DNA of 64,000 bases from Nitrosopumilus sp. Its GTDB lineage: Archaea > Thermoproteota > Nitrososphaeria > Nitrososphaerales > Nitrosopumilaceae. Each line of letters begins with the position of its first letter. The stretch's first letter is position 1. Below, one piece after another: positions 1 through 9,724 of this stretch. The stretch lies in NCBI GenBank assembly GCA_965218785.1, contig OZ244650.1, positions 1,472,001 through 1,536,000 on the forward strand, in the 5' to 3' direction. The notes under the pieces were generated by a model. It worked only from the letters and a program-made list of their open reading frames with translations. It was not told the origin of the DNA and made no database searches. The position numbers and the translations under genes are program-made.

Positions 1-1634
1 GGATAGTTCAGATCAGCCGAGTTATCCCCCGGCGTTACCACGTAATGAAGTAGCATTGTATCACCAGAGTGAGAGTTAAACAATGCGGTACCAGGGATAA
101 AAGAGCCGGTATCAAGGAAGAGGTGCGGGGATTCTCCTGTTACGGTGACTGGTCTGTCAAATTGTATGCTGATTGGAACCGTATCACCTGCGCGGTGTGG
201 TCCTGGAGGTGCAGATACTTTGAGTATAAAGGGACCATGTGAGGAGAGTTGGACTGCGGGATTTACGACATTAATTATTTTTATTGTGTTGGCAGTTGCA
301 GTGGAGGCGACTATGGTGGCAGGATAATCCTCGCTGTACAACAGTGCCAGTGTGTCATCGTCTATTTTGAGAAGCGCGTTAAAGGCGCCGTTTGCACGGT
401 CGTGTTCAAATGAACCGCCATTTGATACCAGACCAGTGGATGTTATGTCATATGTTCGAATAAAGCCGTCACCTGATTCCCCTCTGTATGCGAGGGCCAG
501 TGTGTCAGAATCCAGCAGTACAAGCGAGTTGTGGTGTATGTCGGCATCCAGGGGTGCGGTGGCTGCTCCGTTATAATACGTCATAGTATTTCCTTTTTGC
601 ATGATACTGCCATCTGTTGTTGAAATATCAAATAGTTTGAGACGCCCCGACCCGTCGCCATTGTTGCCATTATCACCAATCTCAGAGTATGCAAGGACCA
701 CGGTATCAGCATCCACACGGACAAGCGAGTTGAATGATATCCTGCCAGAATCATGCGTTAGTTCGGCATTCTGTGTGACCGGGGAGCCGGCACCGGCTCC
801 AATGTCAAATGTCCTTATTACTCCATTGTCAGTAGAACTCCTGTATGCAACTACCACGGTGTCATCATCGAGTTTTATCATGGAAGAGTACTGTCCCTGT
901 TGTGCAGGGACAAACGGTGTGGGATTGCCGTCCCTGCTTAGTGCGCCAGTCGCCGCATCAATTCTGAAAACATTCAGAGATCCCTGTGGTGAATCCTGCG
1001 CGTCGGCATGTGTAAATACCAGCCTGTTTTCATCAAGCGCTATCAGGGATGGATCAAGTGTGTAACCGGGGGCGGTTCCATAACTAATAAAATTGACAAC
1101 GTCTGATATTCGGGGGCTTGCGCTAGTGGTATCTACATTATACGTGGCAAGATAGGATCCGGCACCGGCTCCAGTACCGATTCTGCCATTTGATGCAAGT
1201 GCGAGTGCGACCGTATCATCATCTATGCGCGTAGGGGAGATAGTGAGCGGATGAAAATTTTCAGAGACGCTTGTAGTAGTAGTTGCCTGAGAGGATTCTG
1301 TCAAAGCACGGCTGTGAAGCAGTGTGATATCACCACCAATTATGCTGTACAGTCTGAGGGTGTATTCATAAATTAGAATGCCATTAGTATCATAATTTGC
1401 CACGGTGTGTGAGGAGACATAGTAGTTGCCAGTCAGATGTATCAGGCCGTGCTTGTAGCTGTTATCTGGAAGGTCAACAAAATCCCCGTTTGATATGTTA
1501 TGAGTCGTTTGGGCATGTGCGTCTAGTAGTGCCGGGCAGGCAGACATGAAAATGACTGCCACACAGATGGCAATGAATACGGGGTTTAGAGAGTGCAGGG
1601 GTAAAGAGTGTGGGGGGGAGGTGTCAGATTCCAA
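1..1634 (-). CDS. Large secreted surface protein (beta-propeller-like repeats plus Ig-like domain), runs off the window edge
   Basis: Not in the ORF track because it is truncated. Manual translation from TTG at 1634 gives a signal peptide (VFIAICVAVIFMSACPALLDAHA), recurring SLVRVDADTVVLAY-type blades and an Ig-like segment (AGDTVPISIQFDRPVTVTG...LLHYVVTPGDNSADLNY). Confidence 0.8.
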   Translation of the reverse strand, partial: MESDTSPPHSLPLHSLNPVFIAICVAVIFMSACPALLDAHAQTTHNISNGDFVDLPDNSYKHGLIHLTGNYYVSSHTVANYDTNGILIYEYTLRLYSIIGGDITLLHSRALTESSQATTTTSVSENFHPLTISPTRIDDDTVALALASNGRIGTGAGAGSYLATYNVDTTSASPRISDVVNFISYGTAPGYTLDPSLIALDENRLVFTHADAQDSPQGSLNVFRIDAATGALSRDGNPTPFVPAQQGQYSSMIKLDDDTVVVAYRSSTDNGVIRTFDIGAGAGSPVTQNAELTHDSGRISFNSLVRVDADTVVLAYSEIGDNGNNGDGSGRLKLFDISTTDGSIMQKGNTMTYYNGAATAPLDADIHHNSLVLLDSDTLALAYRGESGDGFIRTYDITSTGLVSNGGSFEHDRANGAFNALLKIDDDTLALLYSEDYPATIVASTATANTIKIINVVNPAVQLSSHGPFILKVSAPPGPHRAGDTVPISIQFDRPVTVTGESPHLFLDTGSFIPGTALFNSHSGDTMLLHYVVTPGDNSADLNY

Positions 1635-1650
1635 TTAATTTACACCCCGT

Positions 1651-1981
1651 CATCATTACAATATGCGACTACTCTTTAAAAGATGTTATATTCTTGTTAT
1701 ATGGTCAAAATTAGACTCGAAAGTGTAATCCTAAAGACGTAGAGCCTTGGTGTATGGAGCCCTGGTGCTGGAGTTTTGATATGAACTAAGAACGGGAGCC
1801 TTGAGCCGTTATGATGGGAGGTATGAGCCGTATGGTATGATCTATGATATGAGCCGTATGATGAGCCGTGAATCTTGGTTATGACCTGAACATACATGAG
1901 ACACGAGCCCCCAAAGTGGAGAGCCTAGGAGGTGTAGAGCCCAGGAGTCATGAGCCTGACATGAGCCCCGATTGTTCTTAG
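1651..1981 (-). repeat. Non-coding GGCTC-array element, copy 1
   Basis: The reverse complement aligns by eye with 47039-47505 and contains internal (CAT)ACGGCTC repeats. Confidence 0.8.
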
Positions 1982-2518
1982 GGAGTCTGAAAATCCAATG
2001 GGGCGGCTTGTTCAAAATTTTCTCCAGAGTCGTACGCCGGATTAACCCCGACTGGTAGACCTGAAGATCCAAAATATTTTCATCCAAGTGATTGATTGTT
2101 TTTGAAATGACGAGTCAACGTCCCAGGGATTTCTCCCCTGATTTTATCCCAGTACAGTTCCGGCCGGCCCGCCCCAGATGACCTGAAAATAAAGTGGGAG
2201 TGGGAGATGAAGTCTTCCCGCGTCTGTTTTTTACACAGTTGGATGGTTCGTTGATCTCGTTTTGTAGAGTAACTGCAAATTTTGAACCAGGAAGATTCGG
2301 GTATAAATGCATAAAATACACCTTGGGTGCATCCGGGGATTACATCACATGGAATCATTAGAATCATCAGGAATCAGGATCAAAGTAGAGATCTGCAAGT
2401 ATCATACAAGTCTAGAAATTCTAGATGATTTATGCTGTTTTTATTCTCTTTGTCGTTGTAGAACCTGTTGTCGCAGTATGCAATCCAATTCGTTAGCGGT
2501 GATAAAACCGCCGTTGCC
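1982..2518 (-). pseudogene. Degraded coding remnants, including an out-of-frame HYR-domain start after the NHL gene
   Basis: EATAVLSPLT (about 2490-2520) matches the HYR start FEATAVLTPLT inside the NHL protein. Downstream ORFs are short and broken by frameshifts or stops. Confidence 0.4.
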
Positions 2519-5500
2519 TCAATTTTGGCGGACTGGTGCCGCGATAACGCTATATTCGTCTGATGCCCTGTTAAAGTTATGACCGGCATCTGATGCTGCG
2601 AGTTTGGGGACAAACACGGTAACTATGCCGTCGGAGGTAACTGCCACCTCAAAGGTGTATGTGGTACCGCTTCCTGCAAAGTTTGATACTGTGGGTGTGC
2701 CGCCAGATACCGTTCCGAATACTGTGATATCTGATGCGACAAAGTCTGTCACGTCCTCGCTAAAGGTGGCAGTGTATGATATCGTGTTAGAGTTGTATGT
2801 GCCGTCGTTGGGGGCGTCACTTGTTATGGCCACGGTGGGTGAAAGATCAAATATCTGTACCCTGTGGTTGCTGCTATCACCAACCAGCATGTGCGTGGAG
2901 TTTGTTGTGATTGCTCGTGGAGTGTTAAACTGGTCGTTGCCTGAGCCGCGGCTGCCAATCGTAGAGATGTAGTTGCCATCCCAGTCGTGTACCTGTATCC
3001 TGTGGTTGTTCCGGTCTGCAACCAGGATGTACGCAGGGGTTGTTGCGACTCCCGATGGGTGCTTAAACTGGCCGTTGCCTGAGCCGAGGCCGCCGAACTT
3101 GTCGACATAGTTGCCATCCAGATCAAATATCTGTATCCTGTGGTTGTTCCGGTCTGCAACCAGTATGTGCGTGGGGGTTGTCGTGACTCCCGCTGAGTAC
3201 GTAAACTGACCGTTGTCTGAGCCGTGGCCGCCGAACTCGTTGAGATAGTTGCCATCCAGATCAAATATCTGTATCCTGTGGTTGTGGGTGTCTGCAACCA
3301 GTATGTGCGTGGGGGTTGTCGTGACTCCAATAGGAGTTATAAACATGCCGTCACCTGAACCACGTTCACCGAACTTGTCGACATAGTTGCCATCCAGATC
3401 AAATATCTGTATCCTGTCGTTGCGAGTGTCGGCAACCAGTATGTGCATGGGAGTTACGGCAATATCACGGGGAGATTTAAACTGACCGTCAGCTGAGCCG
3501 CCGCTGCCAAACGTGCTAACAAAATTGCCATCCAGATCAAATACCCGGATCCTGTCGTTGCCGGTGTCTGCAACCAGTATGTGTGTAGAGTTTACCGCGA
3601 TACCTCTGTTAGCCTGAAACTCTCCGGCAAGGCGGTCAATTGAACTCTGAAAAGTTGCAACTGGTACAATGATATCCAGTGTAACGGTGTATGTGTTTGA
3701 TGCCATGTTCACGCTGCCATCAGCACCCATTACCGCACCTCGAGGAATGGATACCTTGAGTGTTCCGTCACTGGTGGCATCCAGGCTAAACGTCCAGATG
3801 AGGCCGTCGTCGCCTGATTCGTTAAAGTTTTGCACTTCCTCCGGCGTTACAGATGCGGTTCCAGATACGATGATATCTGTTCTGGTAAAGCCTGTCACGG
3901 GCTTGTTAAAGGTGACAGTGTATGATATGTCAGTAGAGGTGTGTGTGCCGCCGTTGGGGGTGCTGGTATTAGTTATGGTTGCAGTAATCGTTTCAGGAGG
4001 TGTGATAGTTATGGTCTGTGTAGCGCTTGCCTGATTGCCTAAAGAGTCAGTTGCAGTCCATGTGACTAGGGTATCGCCTGTTGGGAATGACTCTGTTGCG
4101 TTGTTTGTGATGACAGGATTTGGATCATAGTTGTCTGTGGCAGTTGCCATGCCGATGGGTACGACAGTCAGGGTGCCCGTGGCCTCTGCCGTTACATCGG
4201 CAGGTGCTGTAATGTCGGGAGGTGTCGTATCCTCGATGGTAATTATTTGGGTGGCAGTTACCGTATTGCCGGAGGCATCAGTGGCACTCCACGTAATTGT
4301 GGTCTCCCCAAGCGGGAATGACCCTGGTGCATCGTTTGTAATTAATGCAGTTCCAGAGTTATCAACTACTGTCGCCGTACCGTAATCGGATTCAGTCAGC
4401 GGTGTTAAAACCGCCGTTGCCTCAAAGATTTGGTTGTCAGGTGCCATGATTACAAGTGAAGGGCCAACTGGCACGGTAACGGTATATTCGTCTGATGCCA
4501 TGTTAAAGTTATGACCGGTATCTGATGCTGCGAGTTTGGGGATTGATACGGTGACCGTGTCACCTGAGGTAACTGCCACCTCAAAGGTGTATGTGGTACC
4601 GTTTCCTGCAAAGTTTGATACTGTGGGTGTGCCGCCGGATGCCGTTCCAGATACTGTGATGTCTGATACGACAAAGCCTGTCACGTCCTCGCTGAAGGTG
4701 GCAGTGTATGATATCGTGTTAGAGTTGTGTGTGCCGCCGTTGGGGGTGTCGCTCGTTATGGCCACGGTGGGTGAAAGATCAAATATCTGTATCCTGTGGT
4801 TGCCGGTATCGCCAACTAGCATGTGTGTGGAGTTTGTCGTGATTCCAGATGGTCTGTCAAACTGGTCGTTGCCTGTGCCGTGGCTGCCAATCGTGGAGAT
4901 GTAGTTGCCATCCCAGTCGTGTACCTGTATCCTGTTGTTGTTGGCATCTGCAACCAGGATGTACGCAGGGGTTGTCGTGACTTTCTCTGGTAAACTAAAC
5001 TGGCCGTTGCCTGAGCCGTAGCTGCCGAACTCGTTGAGGTAGTTGCCGTCCAGATCAAATATCTGTATCCTGTGGTTGCCCCGGTCTGCAACCAGGATGT
5101 GCGCGGGGGTTGTCGTGACTCCCGCGGGAAAATCGAACTGGCCGTTGCCTGAGCCGGGGCTGCCAAACTCGCTGAGGTAATTGCCGTCCAGATCAAATAT
5201 CTGTATCCTGTGGTTGTACCAGTCTGCAACCAGGATGTGCGTGGGGGTTGTTGCAATTCCAGTAGTACTGATAAACATGCCATTTCCTGAACCATATTCA
5301 CCGAATTTGTCGACATAGTTGCCATCCAGATCAAGTATCTGTATCCTGTCGTTGACACTGTCTGCAACCAGAATGTGCGTGGGGGTTACGGTAATATCAT
5401 AGGGAAGTTTAAACTGACCGTCATCTGAGCCATAGCTGCTGCCAAGTGTTCTAACAAAATTGCCATCCAGATCAAATATCTGTATCCTGTGGTTGTGGGT

Positions 5501-7192
5501 GTCTGCAACCAGTATGTGTGCAGAGTTCACCGCGACACCTCTGTTATTTATAAAGTCGCCTCCAAAGTGCTCAATTGAACTCTGAAAAGTTGCAACGGGT
5601 ACAAAGATATCCAGTGTAACGGTGTATGTGTTTGATGCCATGTTCCCGCCGCCGCCAACACCGATTACCGCATTTTGTGGAATGGATACCTTGAGTGTTC
5701 CGTCACTGGTGGCATCCAGGCTAAACGTCCAGATGAGGCCGTCGTCGCCTGATTCGTTAAAGTTTTGTACTCCCTCCGGCGTTATGGATGCGGTTCCAGA
5801 TACTTTGATATCTGTTCGGGTAAAGTCCATCACGGGCTTGTTAAAGGTGACAGTGTATGATATGTAAGTAGAGGTGTGTGTGCCGCCGTTGGGGGTGCTG
5901 GTATTAGTTATGGTTGCAGTAATCGGTTCAGAAGGCGTGGTTACGGTTATGGTATATTCGTCTGATGCCCTGTTAAAGTTATGACCGGCATCTGATGCTG
6001 CGAGTTGGGGGATTGATACGGTGACCGTGTCGCCTGAGGTAGCTGTCACTTCAAAGGTGTATGTGGTACCGGTTCCTGTAAAGTCTGATACTGTGGGTGT
6101 GCCGCCGGATGCCGTTCCAGATACTGCGATGTCTGATGCGACAAAGCCTGTCACGTCCTCGCTGAAGGTGGCAGTGTATGATATCGTGTCAGAGTTGTGT
6201 GTGCCGCCGTTGGAGGCGTCACTTGTTATGGCCACGGTGGGTGAAAGATCAAATATCTGTACTCTGTCGTTGCCGGTATCGCCAACCAGCATGTGCGTGG
6301 AGTTTGTTGTGATTCCTTGCGGAAATCCAAACTGGTCGTTGCCTGTGCCGGGGCTGCCAATCGTGGAGACGTAGTTGCCATCCCAGTCGTGTACCTGTAT
6401 TCTGTTGTTGACAGTGTCTGCAACCAGGATGTACGCAGAGGTTGTCGTGACTCCATATGGGTACTTAAACTGGCCGTTGCCTGAGCCGTAGCTGCCGAAC
6501 TGGTTTACATAGTTGCCATCCAGATCAAATATCTGTATCCTGTGATTCCAGGTGTCTGCAACCAGGATGTGCGTGGGGGTTGTCGTGACTCCCGCTGATT
6601 CGTTAAACTGACCGTCAGCTGAGCCGTAGCTGCCGAACTGGTTTACATAGTTGCCATCCAGATCAAATATCTGTATCCTGCGGTTGTTCAGGTCTATAAC
6701 CAGGATGTGCGTGGAGTTTGTTGTGATTCCAAAAGGATAGTCAAACATGCCGTTTTCTGAACCATGTTCACCGAACTTGTCGACATAGTTGCCATCCAGA
6801 TCAAATATCTGTATCCTGTGGTTGAAAATGTCTGCAACCAGTATGTGCGTGGGAGTTACGGTAATACCATTGGGACTGCTAAACTGACCGTCACCTGAGC
6901 CGCGGCTGCCAAACTGGCTGACATAGTTGCCATCCAGATCAAATATCTGTATCCTATGGTTGGCAAAATCTGCAACCAGTATGTGAGCAGAATTTACCGC
7001 GATATCACTGAGATAATTAAACCCTCCGGCATCGCCGTAAATTGAACTCTGAAAAGTCGCAACCGGTGGGTTATCTCCGGTATTAGCATTGATTTGCTGG
7101 GGGGGTGTAAACACCATCACAGAAACCAGCATCAACGCGGAGAATAGGATTATAGTACTGGATTGATAATATTTAAGCACGACACATGGCAA
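2519..7192 (-). CDS. Secreted NHL-repeat protein: three 6-bladed NHL propellers, Ig-like domains and two HYR domains
   Basis: 46-aa repeats ILVADxxNHRIQIFDLDGNY..FG..GSG.GQFxxPxGI; Ig-like YTATFSEDVTGF and YTVTFNKPV domains; HYR motif FPLGETTITWSATDASGN; N-terminal signal peptide. Confidence 0.93.
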   Translation of the reverse strand: MPCVVLKYYQSSTIILFSALMLVSVMVFTPPQQINANTGDNPPVATFQSSIYGDAGGFNYLSDIAVNSAHILVADFANHRIQIFDLDGNYVSQFGSRGSGDGQFSSPNGITVTPTHILVADIFNHRIQIFDLDGNYVDKFGEHGSENGMFDYPFGITTNSTHILVIDLNNRRIQIFDLDGNYVNQFGSYGSADGQFNESAGVTTTPTHILVADTWNHRIQIFDLDGNYVNQFGSYGSGNGQFKYPYGVTTTSAYILVADTVNNRIQVHDWDGNYVSTIGSPGTGNDQFGFPQGITTNSTHMLVGDTGNDRVQIFDLSPTVAITSDASNGGTHNSDTISYTATFSEDVTGFVASDIAVSGTASGGTPTVSDFTGTGTTYTFEVTATSGDTVTVSIPQLAASDAGHNFNRASDEYTITVTTPSEPITATITNTSTPNGGTHTSTYISYTVTFNKPVMDFTRTDIKVSGTASITPEGVQNFNESGDDGLIWTFSLDATSDGTLKVSIPQNAVIGVGGGGNMASNTYTVTLDIFVPVATFQSSIEHFGGDFINNRGVAVNSAHILVADTHNHRIQIFDLDGNFVRTLGSSYGSDDGQFKLPYDITVTPTHILVADSVNDRIQILDLDGNYVDKFGEYGSGNGMFISTTGIATTPTHILVADWYNHRIQIFDLDGNYLSEFGSPGSGNGQFDFPAGVTTTPAHILVADRGNHRIQIFDLDGNYLNEFGSYGSGNGQFSLPEKVTTTPAYILVADANNNRIQVHDWDGNYISTIGSHGTGNDQFDRPSGITTNSTHMLVGDTGNHRIQIFDLSPTVAITSDTPNGGTHNSNTISYTATFSEDVTGFVVSDITVSGTASGGTPTVSNFAGNGTTYTFEVAVTSGDTVTVSIPKLAASDTGHNFNMASDEYTVTVPVGPSLVIMAPDNQIFEATAVLTPLTESDYGTATVVDNSGTALITNDAPGSFPLGETTITWSATDASGNTVTATQIITIEDTTPPDITAPADVTAEATGTLTVVPIGMATATDNYDPNPVITNNATESFPTGDTLVTWTATDSLGNQASATQTITITPPETITATITNTSTPNGGTHTSTDISYTVTFNKPVTGFTRTDIIVSGTASVTPEEVQNFNESGDDGLIWTFSLDATSDGTLKVSIPRGAVMGADGSVNMASNTYTVTLDIIVPVATFQSSIDRLAGEFQANRGIAVNSTHILVADTGNDRIRVFDLDGNFVSTFGSGGSADGQFKSPRDIAVTPMHILVADTRNDRIQIFDLDGNYVDKFGERGSGDGMFITPIGVTTTPTHILVADTHNHRIQIFDLDGNYLNEFGGHGSDNGQFTYSAGVTTTPTHILVADRNNHRIQIFDLDGNYVDKFGGLGSGNGQFKHPSGVATTPAYILVADRNNHRIQVHDWDGNYISTIGSRGSGNDQFNTPRAITTNSTHMLVGDSSNHRVQIFDLSPTVAITSDAPNDGTYNSNTISYTATFSEDVTDFVASDITVFGTVSGGTPTVSNFAGSGTTYTFEVAVTSDGIVTVFVPKLAASDAGHNFNRASDEYSVIAAPVRQN

Positions 7193-7199
7193 GACTGAA

Positions 7200-8420
7200 T
7201 CAGACTATTTAAAAATATCCATGATCTCGGCTGTCAAAAGGTTTGACATAGCTACCATAGACCATAGCGCCGCATAAACAGTCTCACCATTCAAACCATC
7301 AACTACAATCACATAAAACTCCACCTGACCTGTATTAGTAGGATCATATGTACACCGCCCATTTCTATCACATAATACGAGGCATCTGAAATAATTTGCT
7401 TACTTGTTACCGTCTCGGGGAATGCCTCCGGCTTGATATTGTTCATGCTCTGGAAATCTTTCATATGCCAGATACTCACACGTACCGCCATCCCCGTGTG
7501 ATTTGTTTAACTTTTCATCATGTAAGGCAAAGTCAAGTGCAATCTGTATTGCAGTCTCTTCATCTAATGTAAATGCGGGATTTGGATCATTTGTCCAGCC
7601 ATTAAAATGAATAATTAATCCTAAAGCGCCAAATTTTACATACCCTTCACTTGTAAAATCAAATGTTATGTATCCATGTTCTTGGTAAAGTCCAGTATTC
7701 GCCATCACGTGTTATAATCCGGGATGCTAGAACATATCACCCAAGTCACAGCTACTGTTTAGTATGACAATTATCAGGAATGGATTGAGTTAATGCCATA
7801 TCCTTGCCTGTCATCTTGAATCCCATTTTATTCATAAGTTATCAATAAGTTCAATTTGTTTTGGTATATCGTGTCGTGCTTCAAAGCTACGATATGTTAC
7901 TGATGAGATGGACCGGTGCCGAAAATGACATCACTGCGTATCGCAATCCCCCGTTTTCAGTATCAAACTCTGATTTTCTATCCTCTTTTGGTTTTAGTTT
8001 GTCATTTGCAGCATGAAGAAAATGTTTTGCAAACTCATCCCTATTGACAATTGGAATCGAATAGCCGGCGGGGTCTGGCACCTGTGATATCTCTGTAGTT
8101 GATGATGGTTCCCTTTCGTTGTTTGTCCCTTCTGGAATTGTTTTTGCTGGGGTTTGTGGTGTTGTGTTATTGGATGTTTTGTTCTGTGTGGGTGTTGATT
8201 CTTTTGGTGGTGTTGATTTTGCCGGAACTTTATCAACTGGGGACCGGTCAGTTATTATCTTCCAGCCAAATCTGTCTGCTGCCCGCCCGACAGTCTTTTC
8301 AGTCAGACAGGCAAGACTGCAGTTTGTTCTCTCAACTAGTACGTGGATGTACCTGCACTGTTTGTCTTGGGTGTTCTCAGCAGATGCCGAGGATGCTGCC
8401 AGGATACCAATACAAAGAGT
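7200..8420 (-). pseudogene. Fragmented secreted hypothetical protein gene, 5'-truncated
   Basis: Signal-like start (LCIGILAASSASAE), then CSLACLTEKT...RFGW and a T/P-rich linker, followed by several stops and frameshifts (ORF pieces 7887-8081, 7400-7708, 7309-7491). Confidence 0.6.
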
Positions 8421-8723
8421 GTAACCACTCCAGGTGTAACTAATAAGATAGTTAAACTTGGAGATACTGACATGGATGGGACATGGAACTTTGTTGTGGG
8501 AAGTACCACTGTTACAAGTTTTGAGAATGATTTTGGTAAAGGATGGGTGAAAGTTGGTATGAAATCTACAGATCGAGATAATACAGCAGATGCAAAGTTT
8601 ACCAATCTTGATTATTATGATAGCCGGTGGAATGATTGGGAATCGGCGAAAATCATGAAGTCGATAACTGACATAACAAGATGTTCGGCAGATTCGTTTG
8701 TACTAGGGAGTGCCACATGTTGA
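8421..8723 (+). pseudogene. C-terminal remnant of an exported beta-rich protein
   Basis: Open frame with no credible start of its own. Its stop overlaps the ATG of the next gene (ATGTTGA). Confidence 0.5.
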
Positions 8724-9376
8724 AAAAATACCTCCCAGCTGTTATTGTTTTAGTTGTAATTGGAGCATCGATTCCAATACTATCAGAGTTGACAACCACG
8801 CAACCTGATGAACCAATACTATCAGAGTTGACAACCACGCAACCTGATGAACCAATGGATATTACGGTAACACCGCTAGACCGAGATACATTGTCAAAAT
8901 ATCCCGGACAGGGACTACCTCCGATGAATTTGGCAGATAAAGGCATACCATTACAAGCGATAAAAGTTTTATTCCCATATGCTGTGGACATGCCGCAAAT
9001 TTTACCAACGGGCGAAGAATTTGTTTATGGTCTGTACGACCTGTATTATGACGAAGCAACTTTGTATTATGCCGATGCCAAGATTCATTCTTTAGTGAAG
9101 AATGAACATACCACAGGAGATCTGATTAATTTAGGCATGGTCATAATCAACTATGAAAGATTATCCAATCTTTCATCAAAGATTGACAGGCTAGATACAA
9201 ACAAGTATACCATCATTGATGACATACCATCTGAAAACAAGGGATATGTATGTCACAAATGCAAAGGCAATCAATTGTTTATAGTATATCCCGAGGATGG
9301 AATAGAGCTCAGCATTGTCAAAAATGATGCAACGCCTGAAAAACTTAAAGCGCTTGTTAAAGATTTAGATCTTTGA
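8717..9376 (+). CDS. Membrane-anchored/secreted hypothetical protein
   Basis: MLKKYLPAVIVLVVIGAS signal/anchor; contains a 39-bp tandem duplication (PILSELTTTQPDE x2). Confidence 0.75.
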   Translation: MLKKYLPAVIVLVVIGASIPILSELTTTQPDEPILSELTTTQPDEPMDITVTPLDRDTLSKYPGQGLPPMNLADKGIPLQAIKVLFPYAVDMPQILPTGEEFVYGLYDLYYDEATLYYADAKIHSLVKNEHTTGDLINLGMVIINYERLSNLSSKIDRLDTNKYTIIDDIPSENKGYVCHKCKGNQLFIVYPEDGIELSIVKNDATPEKLKALVKDLDL

Positions 9377-9615
9377 CTCTTTTTTAATAATTTCTTTTAC
9401 TTGTTGTTCTGGATTCTGGTGTAATAGTGATCAGAACACCAAAATCCACTAGTCTGAACACGATAAAACACCTTCCCTATGTTCATGGTGATGGGCTAGC
9501 CTGTGTATACTATCCAAAAAGTAGTTCATCTCCCCCCTCGGTATCCCAAAGATACTTCCGGATTGGCAGAGAATAACACTCAAACAGATGTGGATTCCGC
9601 CAGAACAGTATGAAG

Positions 9616-9690
9616 CGGGCTCGGTCGGATTCGAACCGACGACCTAACGCTCCGCAAGCGTTCGCACTATCCATGCTGTGCAACGAGTCC
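9616..9690 (-). tRNA. tRNA-Arg(GCG)
   Basis: Cloverleaf; anticodon arm AACGC-TTGCGGA-GCGTT; T-loop GTTCGAATC. Confidence 0.95.
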
Positions 9691-9724
9691 GAAAAGTTTT
9701 GTAGTTTGCGCTTAATTTGGATTA

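Noticed and set aside
145-6484. Plus-strand and alternative-frame ORFs overlapping the two large surface genes, and similar shadow ORFs over core genes
   Set aside because: They are antisense or frame shadows of well-supported CDSs.
2519-7192. Complete diversity-generating retroelement
   Set aside because: No reverse transcriptase, Avd or non-coding template repeat in the window; adenines next to the variable codons are invariant.
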